A DNA stretch of 64,000 nucleotides from Acidobacteriota bacterium (GTDB lineage Bacteria; Acidobacteriota; UBA6911; JACQSX01): contig JACQSX010000029.1 in NCBI GenBank assembly GCA_016211105.1, positions 5,210-69,209 of the forward strand, written 5' to 3'. This document shows positions 42,326 to 52,275 of the stretch, piece after piece. Position numbers and translations under genes: made by a program. The notes beneath the pieces were generated by a model that searched no databases, was not told the origin of the DNA, and saw only the letters and a program-made list of their open reading frames with translations. How positions within the stretch are numbered: the first letter of the stretch is position 1; each line of letters opens with the position of its first letter.

Positions 42326-42463
42326 TGATTTAATATTATAATCACGAACAATCCAACGAAGGTGTCACAAGGAAAACAATGAGACGTGTTATTGAATGTT
42401 GCGGATGGAAATCAGGGATCAACTCGCTCTGGCGGTGTAAAGGTCCAAGGATAGCACGACCCG

Positions 42464-43174
42464 TCAAGGCTCCACGGCCCCGTCGCCGCCGCTCTCAAAG
42501 AGATATCCCGCCCCGCGCACTGTTTTCAAATGTGCCGGGGCTTCGGGATCCGCCTCAATTTTCTCCCGCAGCCGTCGGATACAAACATCCACACTGCGTG
42601 GAGACACGAAACGATCCGTGCCCCAAACGGCGTCAAGCAATTCATCGCGCGAAAAGACCCTGTTGGGATGAGCGGCCAAGTGATAGAGCAAGCGAAACTC
42701 GAGCGTGCTCACAAGAATGGACTTCCCGGCACGGCTGACGCGATAGGAGTCAGGATCGATCCGCAGTGATCCAACTTGGATCGCTTTCTTAACGTCATTG
42801 AAGGGCTCGGTCCGACGGAGCAGTGCCTTCACGCGCGCCATGAGTTCCCGCGGGCTGAACGGCTTGGTGACATAATCGTCAGCCCCCAACTCCAGCCCTA
42901 GAACGCGATCCACTTCTTCATTGCGCGCCGTTAGCATCAGGACCGGCAGTCGATTCATTCTTGGGTTGCGCCGGATCTCTTTGCAGACCTCTAGTCCAGA
43001 AAGCTTCGGCAACATCAGGTCCAACAATAGCAAGTCTGGCAGGGACTTCCTCAGCTCTGCCAGTCCAGTGATGCCATCGCCCACCGCGGCCACCTGATAG
43101 CCTTCTCTCTCCAGATTGTAACGTACTAACTCAACGATATCTTTTTCATCTTCGATGATCAGAATCTTGCGCAT
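42464..43174 (-). CDS. OmpR/PhoB-family response regulator (PhoB-like)
   Basis: LLLDLMLP, GADDYVTKPFSPREL, RSVDV.IRRLR and TVRGAGY motifs; start MRKIL. Confidence 0.93.
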   Translation of the reverse strand: MRKILIIEDEKDIVELVRYNLEREGYQVAAVGDGITGLAELRKSLPDLLLLDLMLPKLSGLEVCKEIRRNPRMNRLPVLMLTARNEEVDRVLGLELGADDYVTKPFSPRELMARVKALLRRTEPFNDVKKAIQVGSLRIDPDSYRVSRAGKSILVSTLEFRLLYHLAAHPNRVFSRDELLDAVWGTDRFVSPRSVDVCIRRLREKIEADPEAPAHLKTVRGAGYLFESGGDGAVEP

Positions 43175-43359
43175 GTCGCTGCGGTCGATGATAAATCGCC
43201 AGAGCGAAAATATCACACAATCGGCGATAAAGAAGAGAGTTGATGTGAGATGGCTGAGCGTACCAGGGGCGTGTCATAAGAAGGACACGCGTGAGCTCAC
43301 GCCTTGACTTCGTCGCCGAGACCTCGCTTCCAAGCAACTGAGTCTGCCCGCCCTTCAAT

Positions 43360-43415
43360 CGGTAACAAACATTTCATGTGACCGTCACAAGGTTGTAACA
43401 AACCTTCCCTACTCT
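43360..43415 (+). promoter_or_regulatory. Pho box array (four 11-bp units) plus -10 element for the porin gene
   Basis: CGGTAACAAAC ATTTCATGTGA CCGTCACAAGG TTGTAACAAAC, then TACTCT exactly 10 bp after the last heptamer. Confidence 0.72.
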
Positions 43416-43472
43416 GGAAATGGCTCAGGAGCCTCAATTTCCGGCAGCAATTTTTCTGCAAGGCTCTTCGCG

Positions 43473-44963
43473 ATGGGAGAAAATATCATGCGAGCTTCAT
43501 GGCTGGGACTGGTCGTGGTCGGGCTCTCTATAGCAAGGCTAGTCGTAGCGGAATCACAAACAGATCAAGTGGGCGCCTGCCAACCTGCAGAAGTATCACG
43601 AACAGAGGAATCGGCCGGCACGCTCCAACAGGAGCAAGAGATACAAACGCTGAGCCATCAGCTTGAACAACAACCTGGCAATTCTGCTTCAATCGGTGAA
43701 ATCGCCAACACGAAGGCGCCCCATGTACAGGGCGCTAAATTGCCCAAAACATCCGCCCAGGGAGTAACGAACAACTCCGCGGAACCATGCCTGGCAATCG
43801 CCGAAAGGCGAATCGATCCGGACACCAAAAAGGAGCCTGAACGCCGCGCCGCAGAATTGGCGTTCAGTGGTGATCTTAGCTTACGCCACGAGGCATTCCT
43901 CCAGAATGGCGCCATGACTCGTCAACGGGAGAGGTTGCGCCTCCGGCTCAACATCACCAGCAACCTCACCGATACAATTTCTGGCGGCCTTTCGGTAACG
44001 ACTGGCGGCATTGACGACCCAACTTCCAGTTATCAGACGGTCACTGAACTTTTCGCCCACAAACCGATCAGGTTTGATCGTTATTTCCTAACCTACCAAC
44101 CCAATTCATGGAAAGCCTTGACCCTAACCGCTGGCAAGTTTGCTTATCCCTGGTACCGAACACCGCTGACTTTCGACAACGACATCAATCCCGAGGGTAT
44201 TGCCCAGACACTGCGGTTCGACTCTAACGGCCCACGGCTCAAGAATGTCACGCTCGTCGGCTTCCAACTGCCATTTCATGAGACGGGTCACGGCTATGGC
44301 AGTTTCATATTCGGCGGACAAGTTCAAACTCACTGGAGACTTTCCGACAAGGCGATGTTTCGAGTCTATGGCGCGGGAGTCAACGTTACCGGTGCTGACT
44401 CCATCGCCGCTGCGCTAGCCAAAGGCACACTCAGGCCGGGCCTACCTAGCACCAACCGTCTCCGGGTAAACTCATCAGGCGATGTGATCGGCTACCAGTC
44501 GAGGTTTCTCTATCTGGATCTAATCGGCGTGCTCGACTATCGCTTGCATATGCGGCTCCCGCTACAGGTACAGTTCAACCTCGTCAACAACATTCACGCT
44601 GCCACGCGGGAACGGCGCGGCTACTGGGCTGAGATACGATTGGGTAGGCCTTCGGAGCCAAAAGAGTTCCAGTTGGGCTACACCTTGGTACGGATTGAGC
44701 CAGACGCAGTGATCGGCGCCTTCAACGAGAGCGATCTGCGGGCACCGACCAATGTTCTTAACCACCGGATCACTTTCGGTTATCAGATACGAAGCAATAT
44801 TTTATTCAGTTTCACTCTCTGGCTTGGGCGACTGGCGAAGCCGCATTCCAACCCTACGCTGGTAGCGCCGGACTTCCACGCTACTTGCGCTTCGACGCTG
44901 CTTGCAGCGTGCGGTGATCCATATCTGAAAAGGATGCAGTTTGACATCACTTACAAGTTCTAA
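43473..44963 (+). CDS. Putative outer-membrane porin (Porin_5-like)
   Basis: Signal peptide, short coiled coil, FSGDLSLRHE, RERLRLRL, FDNDINPEG, alternating beta strands and a C-terminal YKF. Confidence 0.85.
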   Translation: MGENIMRASWLGLVVVGLSIARLVVAESQTDQVGACQPAEVSRTEESAGTLQQEQEIQTLSHQLEQQPGNSASIGEIANTKAPHVQGAKLPKTSAQGVTNNSAEPCLAIAERRIDPDTKKEPERRAAELAFSGDLSLRHEAFLQNGAMTRQRERLRLRLNITSNLTDTISGGLSVTTGGIDDPTSSYQTVTELFAHKPIRFDRYFLTYQPNSWKALTLTAGKFAYPWYRTPLTFDNDINPEGIAQTLRFDSNGPRLKNVTLVGFQLPFHETGHGYGSFIFGGQVQTHWRLSDKAMFRVYGAGVNVTGADSIAAALAKGTLRPGLPSTNRLRVNSSGDVIGYQSRFLYLDLIGVLDYRLHMRLPLQVQFNLVNNIHAATRERRGYWAEIRLGRPSEPKEFQLGYTLVRIEPDAVIGAFNESDLRAPTNVLNHRITFGYQIRSNILFSFTLWLGRLAKPHSNPTLVAPDFHATCASTLLAACGDPYLKRMQFDITYKF

Positions 44964-45020
44964 ATCGAGCTGCCATCAAAGCCATACCGTTCCAGCTAGA
45001 ATCTGGCGCCGCGGGATGGA

Positions 45021-45695
45021 TCATTCAACCGAGAACTCGCTCGGCGAGACGGATAGTGCGCGCTGCGTGGCCAACCGTGAGGTTCGCCTACCAAATAGCC
45101 AAACAACCAGGCGGTACGCCAACAATAAAGCCAGAATGATCCCGTAACGGATCGGTTTCGTATGGTCGGACTTCACCAACCAGTAGTAATGCACTACACC
45201 GGCCATCGCGCTGATATAAACAAGGCGGTGCAGCCTCTGCCAGTACTTGCCGCCTAGACGCCGAATCCAGCCCGCGGTAGAGGTGATCGCCAGCGGAAGC
45301 ATCAATGTGAATCCAGTGAACCCCACCGTGATAAAGGGCCGCTTGCCGATATCCTTGATCATGTCCGAAACGTCAAAAAATTTGTCCAGCCATACATAGG
45401 TAGTGAAGTGGAGACATCCGTAGAAAAACGCAAACAGCCCCAGCATTCTGCGAAAGCGAACCAAGGCGGGTTGCCTCAAAAGTTTGCGCATCGGAGTGAC
45501 GCTGAGCGTGAGCAACAGGAACATCAGCGTCCAGTCCCCGGTAAAATGCGTTATGTGTTCGATAGGATTTGCTCCCAGGCCGTGATGTGTTCCGCGCCAG
45601 GCTAATTGCGCCAGCGGCACGACACAGAGCAGAAATACGAGCGCTTTGATCCACTTCTTGAACAGGATCGACTTCATGACCGCGCTGAGCTTCAT
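45021..45695 (-). CDS. msrQ: Methionine sulfoxide reductase heme subunit
   Basis: RRMLGLFAFFY..LH, PLAITS and WQRLHRLVY...HYYW motifs. Confidence 0.95.
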   Translation of the reverse strand: MKLSAVMKSILFKKWIKALVFLLCVVPLAQLAWRGTHHGLGANPIEHITHFTGDWTLMFLLLTLSVTPMRKLLRQPALVRFRRMLGLFAFFYGCLHFTTYVWLDKFFDVSDMIKDIGKRPFITVGFTGFTLMLPLAITSTAGWIRRLGGKYWQRLHRLVYISAMAGVVHYYWLVKSDHTKPIRYGIILALLLAYRLVVWLFGRRTSRLATQRALSVSPSEFSVE

Positions 45696-46654
45696 CAGAA
45701 ATATTTCCGAAGGTCCATTCCGGCATAGAGCTGGGCGACTTGATCTGCGTACCCGTTGAACATCAGGGTCTTACGTTTAAAGAATTCGCCCAGCCGTCGT
45801 TCTTTGGCCTGGCTCCAGCGCGGGTGATCCACATTGGGATTGACATTGGAATAAAATCCATACTCGCGGGGAGCCGCCAAGTTCCACGTAGCGGGCGGCT
45901 GCCGCCCCACTAGGCGGATCTTCACAACGGACTTGATACTCTTGAATCCATACTTCCAGGGGACCACCAGGCGAAGCGGCGCTCCGTTTTGATTGGGAAG
46001 GACTTCACCATACATCCCCATGCAGAGAAGCGCCAGTGGATGCATCGCTTCATCCATTCTCAGCCCTTCCAAATAAGGGAAAGAAATCCCCGCAAAGCGC
46101 GCCACGGGCATCTGCTTCGGGTCATAGAAGCTTTCAAACGCCACAAACTTTGCCTTGGAGGTAGGCTCGACCTGCTTGAGCAATCCATTCAGGGGAAAGC
46201 CGATCCAGGGAACGACAATGGACCAACCCTCGACACATCGATGGCGGTAAATCCGTTCTTCCAGCGGAGCGATCTTCATGATGGCGTTGATGTCGAAAAC
46301 CTTTGGTTTCTTTACTTCTCCTTCCACCGCCACGGTCCATGGCGAGGTTCTAAAGTTCCTGGCCAGCGTGGCCGGCTGTTCCTTATCGGTCCCGAACTCG
46401 TAAAAGTTGTTGTAATGGGCAACATCGTCAAATGGCGTGATCTTCTCATCCGTGCTGAAGGGACCCCTAACCACGTTCAACTTGGTACCCGCCTGCACGC
46501 GCAATGACGGCCAGACGATTTCTCGACCCAGGCGGTCGGCAATCAACGCGGCCCCTGTAACGGCAACGCCGGCAACAAACTTCCGGCGGCTCAGATAAAC
46601 GTTCTTTGAAGTGACTTCCGAATAGGGGATATCCGACGGTCTTCGAATCAGCAT
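45695..46654 (-). CDS. msrP: Methionine sulfoxide reductase Mo subunit (Tat-exported)
   Basis: SRRKF Tat motif, [16 protein letters not shown] and [11 protein letters not shown] motifs; true start MLIRRP at 46654. Confidence 0.97.
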   Translation of the reverse strand: MLIRRPSDIPYSEVTSKNVYLSRRKFVAGVAVTGAALIADRLGREIVWPSLRVQAGTKLNVVRGPFSTDEKITPFDDVAHYNNFYEFGTDKEQPATLARNFRTSPWTVAVEGEVKKPKVFDINAIMKIAPLEERIYRHRCVEGWSIVVPWIGFPLNGLLKQVEPTSKAKFVAFESFYDPKQMPVARFAGISFPYLEGLRMDEAMHPLALLCMGMYGEVLPNQNGAPLRLVVPWKYGFKSIKSVVKIRLVGRQPPATWNLAAPREYGFYSNVNPNVDHPRWSQAKERRLGEFFKRKTLMFNGYADQVAQLYAGMDLRKYF

Positions 46655-47094
46655 AACTCTTACCCTCCCAATTCCCGTGGCCAGGGTTGACCACTTCCTC
46701 ACTACTCTTTTACGGCAACGGTCGCGACACGGATGCTCTTTTTCTACATTTTCGAAACATTTGGTTCCGACCATATCGATCCCTGAAGAAGCAGGACCCA
46801 ACCTTCTCCCACATGGGCTTCGGTATCCAAGCATACGAGGATAACGAGTTTTCCAGACAAAACAAACGTCAGGCAGGGCATCAGACGTTCCGGAACTGCA
46901 AAAGATTTCCAGAGAGCTTGATCGCCTGCAGAGAAATCCGATGGAGGTAACCGAGTACTTCCGCAACCAAGCATTGGATTCGCCGTTGCTGCAAGGCGCC
47001 TTCATTTTCCTGATCCTTGGTTGTGCATTCAGAGCGTTGCCGAGTTTCTACAGCACCAGCTAGAAAGACGGCGGGCAGAAACCAGAAAGCAGAA

Positions 47095-47320
47095 GGCGGT
47101 AGACGAAAGTACTGGAGCGCGAGATTTGTCCCAAGTGGATACGGGGTTGTCGCGAACTTTGGTGAGTGATGATGCGGGTGTGTACCGGGCAACGCAGTTG
47201 GAGGTGGGCAACTATGAGGTCAAAGCGGAGCTGGCGGGTTTTCAGACCTCAATCCGAAGGGGCATCCAAAGGGCTTTGTCCGGGACGTTTGATATCCGAA
47301 CAGAAGAAAAGATCTGCTAG
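47095..47320 (+). pseudogene. Fragment of a carboxypeptidase-regulatory-like domain (TonB receptor N-terminus relic)
   Basis: VDTGLSRTLVSDDAGVYRATQLEVGNYEVKAELAGFQTSIRRGI, with no signal peptide and no barrel. Confidence 0.7.
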
Positions 47321-47358
47321 AGAGGTTGGGTCGACTTACCCGTACGTGCTTGATTTCA

Positions 47359-47445
47359 TGGTGCCGAAGGGGGGACTCGAACCCCCACGCCCTTGCGAGC
47401 GCTAGCTCCTGAAGCTAGTGCGTCTGCCAATTCCGCCACTTCGGC
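47359..47445 (-). tRNA. tRNA-Leu(CAG)
   Basis: GCCGAAGTGGCGGAATTGGCAGACGCACTAGCTTCAGGAGCTAGCGCTCGCAAGGGCGTGGGGGTTCGAGTCCCCCCTTCGGCACCA: cloverleaf, long variable arm, encoded CCA. Confidence 0.97.
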
Positions 47446-47551
47446 AAGCCGTGCAGAGTGACGGAATTATATCCAAAAACAAAGGGCTACCACAAACCTA
47501 CGAAGTTCCCCAGCCCTCCCATTTCAACACATTACCGAACTTTGCACGCAA

Positions 47552-48103
47552 ATGATTCCCAACAGCGAAACAAATGCCTTATATTTGGATCCTATGGATA
47601 CAGAACAGGCATTTCTCAATGAGGCAAGAGCGTCTTTCTTGAAAGATTATCTCCCAAAAATCGAAAAATGCATGGAACTCCTGTCCGACCAGGATCTCTG
47701 GTGGCGTCCCCATGAAACCGACAACAGCGTGGGAAACTTATTGCTCCACTTAGCCGGCAACGTGAGACAGTGGATCATCTCCGGCATCGGGGGCGCGCCG
47801 GACCGCCGGGAGCGGCAGCAAGAGTTTAACCAGCGTGAACCGGTACACGGACATGCGCTGTTGCGCGACCTTCGTTCAGCCTTGCAGGAGGCAGACGCGA
47901 TATTGGCTGCCATGCAGACGTCCGAATTTCTAAAACCCCGTGTGATTCGAAACCTCGAGCGCACACCCCTGCAGGCGATTTTCCACGCTGTACAACATTT
48001 CGCGTACCACACTGGACAAATTATTTACATAACAAAGCTGAGAAGCGGTAAGGACTTGGGCTTTTTACAAAGCAGGAGAGAGAAGCGAACTGCTCCTGAT
48101 TAA
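47552..48103 (+). CDS. DinB/DUF1572-family protein
   Basis: NSVGNLLLHLAGN, RERQQEF and HFAYHTGQI His triad; the start may be MDTEQ. Confidence 0.9.
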   Translation: MIPNSETNALYLDPMDTEQAFLNEARASFLKDYLPKIEKCMELLSDQDLWWRPHETDNSVGNLLLHLAGNVRQWIISGIGGAPDRRERQQEFNQREPVHGHALLRDLRSALQEADAILAAMQTSEFLKPRVIRNLERTPLQAIFHAVQHFAYHTGQIIYITKLRSGKDLGFLQSRREKRTAPD

Positions 48104-48125
48104 TTTACCTTAAGGAAGGATCCTT

Positions 48126-48340
48126 TTGACCGTCCAGAGTCTTGTTAAGGACGTGGGAACGCTGGAGTTTTCCCAGACAGTTATCGAAGAATCGCACCGC
48201 CGACCGGTAGTGGTTGACTTCTGGGCTTCGTGGTGTGGGCCCTGCCGTTTTCTCGGGCCTATCCTGGAAAAGCTCGCCGAAGAGTTTCATGGTGATTTTC
48301 TCCTAGCAAAGGTCGACATTGATGCGCATCCAACAGTGAT
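48126..48340 (+). pseudogene. Truncated thioredoxin (YbbN/CnoX-like N-terminus)
   Basis: [30 protein letters not shown]...LAKVDID; similarity then stops and the cis-Pro (IPT) half of the fold is missing. Confidence 0.75.
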
Positions 48341-48470
48341 CGTCTCTTCAGGGAACGGATGTACCCATTTAGCAGAAGGAGAAAGATCGTAAGTTCTCGA
48401 TTCGCTTTTTCAAAGGTAGTTTGGTCAATCAACCTTTCATCAAAGCAAGTTTGAATGTATACCGTAGCCA
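48340..48470 (-). pseudogene. Relic of a four-helix-bundle (23S IVP-like) protein C-terminus
   Basis: [34 protein letters not shown] resembles the family C-terminus; no N-terminal half is seen. Confidence 0.5.
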
Positions 48471-48729
48471 TCGTAGTCGTTCGGAGCTTTCTCCCCCCCC
48501 ACATAACGGCCCGGAGCCCAGAGTTTGCCGATGACTTATGCACCTGCGACGCATGGCAGGATCGAATATCCGATAACCAATAACCAGGGTGATGTAATTT
48601 TCTTTGACGTCACCAATAACCAGTAACGTCTTGACTTTTCGTCCAGTACAAACTCAACATAGACCGACGGTTTGAGCCGTTGGCAACCCGTGCCTGTGCG
48701 ACGCCAATCGCTCACGCGGACCTAATATC

Positions 48730-49047
48730 ATGAGTGAAACTTTGAACGAAGAGCAAAAGCGGAAACTCGAAGAACTCGCCAAGACTCCCATTCAACTCAC
48801 CGTTCCGGCAGGAGTACTCAATTTGCTACTGCAATACCTGAGTTTTTGCGCCGAGTGCAATCCTTCGGTCATTCCTCGCAATGACGAAAAGGGCCAGCGT
48901 GATATCCACCGAGAACCGCTTTTATACGGAAATCTGAGAGAACTGGTTCACCTAATCGATGCCTGGTATGCGGAAATGCAACGGCAGATCGCGGATGCCG
49001 GGGGCAACCTGGATGCTCTGAAGGCATCGTCGGAACGGATCCAGTAG
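48730..49047 (+). CDS. Hypothetical protein (105 aa, CAEC motif)
   Basis: Protein-like helical ORF with an ATG start in a gap free of other long ORFs. Confidence 0.6.
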   Translation: MSETLNEEQKRKLEELAKTPIQLTVPAGVLNLLLQYLSFCAECNPSVIPRNDEKGQRDIHREPLLYGNLRELVHLIDAWYAEMQRQIADAGGNLDALKASSERIQ

Positions 49048-49071
49048 GAATCGATACGGCTTTTTGCAATA

Positions 49072-49503
49072 TTACGCACCAGGCCACCTCGCGCCAGCCT
49101 CGATTGACGCAGTAGAAGGGCTCCTTCTCCTCTCAGTTTCTCCTACTTTTTCCACGTTAACCCACAGAACTTTTTCTAGATACTCGAGGTCAAAGGGCTT
49201 GATGATGTGATCGGATGCTCCCATACCTAGGGCGACACGCCCGATCTCCTTATCCGTCACACCTGTGACCAAAATAACTCCGATGTCTTTATTGTACTCC
49301 TTGATTTCTTTCAGAACTTGCAGCCCACTCTTGCTAGGCATCCAGATGTCAAGCAGCACAGCCTTTGGGCTTTCTTGGCGGACATTTTCAAGGGCTTCCA
49401 GTCCATCGGAAGCTGTCACTACTGCGTAGTTCTTTTTCTCCAGGAACTGCTTGAGTAAATCAACAATGATCGGGTCGTCGTCCACCACCAGAATTTTGGC
49501 CAT
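49072..49503 (-). CDS. Single-domain response regulator (receiver)
   Basis: ILVVDDD, LLDIWMP, VTG and KPF motifs; start MAKIL at 49503. Confidence 0.92.
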   Translation of the reverse strand: MAKILVVDDDPIIVDLLKQFLEKKNYAVVTASDGLEALENVRQESPKAVLLDIWMPSKSGLQVLKEIKEYNKDIGVILVTGVTDKEIGRVALGMGASDHIIKPFDLEYLEKVLWVNVEKVGETERRRSPSTASIEAGARWPGA

Positions 49504-49629
49504 ATCTCGTCCCTGTCCTCGAATATGTCGTCGCACTTGTCTACCCTGAAACCGACAGGTCCTAAATCGGAAGGCGAATCTCACCCTCTCCTGCCCAAGC
49601 AAGTCAGACAGCTTTCGGTTCGGCGCTCA

Positions 49630-51603
49630 TCATGATGAAACACGCGGCAGGAAAATCTTGAAGGTGGTCCCAAGTCCCAACTGGCTGTTGAACCGAATAT
49701 CGCCACCGTTCTGTTTGACAATCCCGTAGACGATTGAAAGACCCAACCCGGTTCTCTTCTCCTTGTTCTTAGTGGTGAAAAACGGTTCAAAAATGTGGGA
49801 TTGAACCTCCGGGCTCATTCCCGTGCCTGTGTCGCTCACCGACAACACCACCCAGGAACCAGGAGGAACGGTGGAAGGCTTTCGCACGGGTGTCTCAGCT
49901 ACGTCCGTTTGGGCAGCCTCAATCGTGAGTTTACCCCCTTCCGGCATGGCATCGCTGGCATTGATTACCAGGTTGGTGATGACTTGCTCGATCTGTCCCG
50001 GATCCACCCTGACCTGTCCAACTGCACGATCCAGGAGAGTAACCAACTCTACATCGGGCCGAACTGCGTGCCGAAGTAGCTTCTCCATGTTGGTTATGAT
50101 CCCATTCAGATCCACGACTTCCAGGTGAAGCTCCTGCTTTCGGCTAAAAGTCAATAGCTTGCGGGCCAATACCGCAGCCCGTTCCCCCGCGCTCTTGACT
50201 TGTTCAAGATTCCCCCGCAACGGGTGGCCGGGGGGGAGTTCTATCAGACTTAAGTCAGTGTACCCGCTGATTGCCATCAGGAGGTTGTTGAAATCGTGCA
50301 CGATCCCCCCTGCAAATCTGCCGAGAGCCTCTATTCTGTCGACATGACGCGCATATTCTTCAAACTTCTTGCGCTCGGTGATGTCGCGAAAAATACACCG
50401 CAAAACACGCCGGCCGGACAAGTCAATGACCTGTGCTATCACCTGGATATCCCTAATATCGCCCTGCTTGGTGCGGTGTCTGGTTTCAAAGTCGTCCCGC
50501 CCTTCACGAAGTATCTCCTCAATGTGTGCCGTTGTTGCCTCAGGAGTCTCGTTTACTTCAAAGTCAGATATGCGTAACCTGGAAAATTCTTCATGAGAAT
50601 AACCGAGTTGTCGGCAGACCGCCTCGTTGAAATCCAGCACTCTTTTACTCTCAGGATCAATGATCACACTGCCATCGGGCGCCTGGTTGAAAAACGTGCG
50701 ATAACGCAGTTCAGCCTCCTGAAGGCTGATTACTAATTGCCTCTGTTCCGTAATGTCCCGCGCAATCGCTGAGGCGCCTACTATATTGCCGGCTGCATCG
50801 TTGACGGGAGAGACTTTTAGCGAAACGTCAATCGTCCTGCCATCCTTCGTTATGCATGGAATTTCAATGTGATCGATGTGGTCCCCAGCGCGGATTCGCG
50901 AAAGGATCTCCTGCGCCTGATTGAGATGATCCCGGGGCACCAGGATGAAACCAGGCCGTCCTTTGATTTCCTCGGCGGAGTATCCATACGTTTTGGCGGC
51001 GCCGGAGTTCCACGTGACCACAACTCCATCCAACGTATAGCTGATGATGGCATCCTCCGCACTTTCTACGATAAAAGCCAGTTGTGATAGCGCCTCTTCC
51101 GTCCGTTTGTGCTCCTCAATCTCCCGTTGCAATGTCGCATTGATTCTTGAAAGATCCGACGTTCTTTCTTCTATCCGTCTTTCCAGCTCAGCGTGGGACT
51201 TTTGGAGAGCCTCCTCCATGCTCTTTTTTTCTGTAATGTCGCGGGCCACGGCATAGGCCACGCCTTTTTCGACTAAGGGAAAACCTGTCCATGCCAGCCA
51301 TTTGTAAGAGCCATCTTTACACCGGTAGCGATTTTCAAAATACAGGACCGGTGCACCACGCGTGAGTTGCTCCATGGCCGCGAGAGTGGCCGCGCGGTCG
51401 TCCGGATGAACAAATTCCAGGAAGCGGGTCGCCAAAAGTTCGGACTTCGTAAAGCCCAGCGTCTTTTCAAAGGCGGGGTTGATGTATGTGAACCGCCCGT
51501 CCAGGTCCGCGACGCACAGCAAATCCAGTGAAAGGGAAAAGAGATGCCAAATATTTTCTTGCATCTCCGAAGAAACGAACTGGAACTCATCCCTGGATTC
51601 CAT
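49630..51603 (-). CDS. Cytoplasmic triple-PAS histidine kinase (CckA/NtrB-like)
   Basis: Three PAS/PAC domains (ARDITE, RDITE), HDFNNLL, NLVINASDAM, DTGTGM, FEPFFTTK and TGLGL; no TM segment. Confidence 0.95.
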   Translation of the reverse strand: MESRDEFQFVSSEMQENIWHLFSLSLDLLCVADLDGRFTYINPAFEKTLGFTKSELLATRFLEFVHPDDRAATLAAMEQLTRGAPVLYFENRYRCKDGSYKWLAWTGFPLVEKGVAYAVARDITEKKSMEEALQKSHAELERRIEERTSDLSRINATLQREIEEHKRTEEALSQLAFIVESAEDAIISYTLDGVVVTWNSGAAKTYGYSAEEIKGRPGFILVPRDHLNQAQEILSRIRAGDHIDHIEIPCITKDGRTIDVSLKVSPVNDAAGNIVGASAIARDITEQRQLVISLQEAELRYRTFFNQAPDGSVIIDPESKRVLDFNEAVCRQLGYSHEEFSRLRISDFEVNETPEATTAHIEEILREGRDDFETRHRTKQGDIRDIQVIAQVIDLSGRRVLRCIFRDITERKKFEEYARHVDRIEALGRFAGGIVHDFNNLLMAISGYTDLSLIELPPGHPLRGNLEQVKSAGERAAVLARKLLTFSRKQELHLEVVDLNGIITNMEKLLRHAVRPDVELVTLLDRAVGQVRVDPGQIEQVITNLVINASDAMPEGGKLTIEAAQTDVAETPVRKPSTVPPGSWVVLSVSDTGTGMSPEVQSHIFEPFFTTKNKEKRTGLGLSIVYGIVKQNGGDIRFNSQLGLGTTFKIFLPRVSS

Positions 51604-51753
51604 AGATGTTAAAGACTCTCATCCCCTCCTTCTTGGAACTGGAATTTCCGGTATCGAAGATGCATTGACCGAGGGATTTGATGATCCCTCTCATAGCAGG
51701 GGCTAGCTATAACTAACGAATGGTCGAGCAATTTCAGGACCTGCCCATTTTTC

Positions 51754-51767
51754 GGGGGGGGGGGGGG
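51754..51767. repeat. G14 homopolymer
   Basis: 14 consecutive G, 150 bp upstream of the kinase start. Confidence 0.9.
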
Positions 51768-52275
51768 ATACTCATAAGCCTCATATATTCAATATGTTAG
51801 GAGAGAAAAGGCTGAGCCATTAAACCTGCAAATAGGTACACAGGTCTCTTGATCGAACACCGACTCGCCCTAAAATGCCACCGGAAGATACCAATTTCAA
51901 CAAGATTTGGTAATTCCAATCTCATCGCCTGGGAAAGGGAGAGATGGCATCAGACTTCAAATCATTGCAGGGCTGCCGTGAGCCTTGCTCAGCCAGTGCT
52001 GGTCAGACAACCGACACCACCAGTAGAATCACAATTCTTAAACTGGAGCTTTCGCATTAGACTTGCCTCCTATTGCTATTGCAAAACTTCTACAAGGGAA
52101 ATCTCCAGCCTGCGGATGGAACGATGCATCGGCGTCCGTGCAGAGACTAATATGTCATAGCAATCCACCGCTATCCGCGTCTGGTCGCCACTTTAGACGC
52201 AATTACAGTGCGCCGAGTTCAAACCACGGCCCTTCTGGCGCTTTTCACGGAAGATGAGGCATATGCTCGCCTAGG

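Noticed and set aside
46655-47005. 117-codon in-frame extension of msrP
   Set aside because: It is not protein-like, and the Tat signal and family N-terminus begin at 46654.
49504-49632. Frameshifted hybrid kinase (kinase plus receiver as one gene)
   Set aside because: A double stop (TGATGA), a gap of about 125 bp and a separate ATG for the receiver indicate two genes.
51770-51802. dif/Xer site (CATAA...TATGTTA)
   Set aside because: The spacing between the arms is far larger than the required 6 bp.
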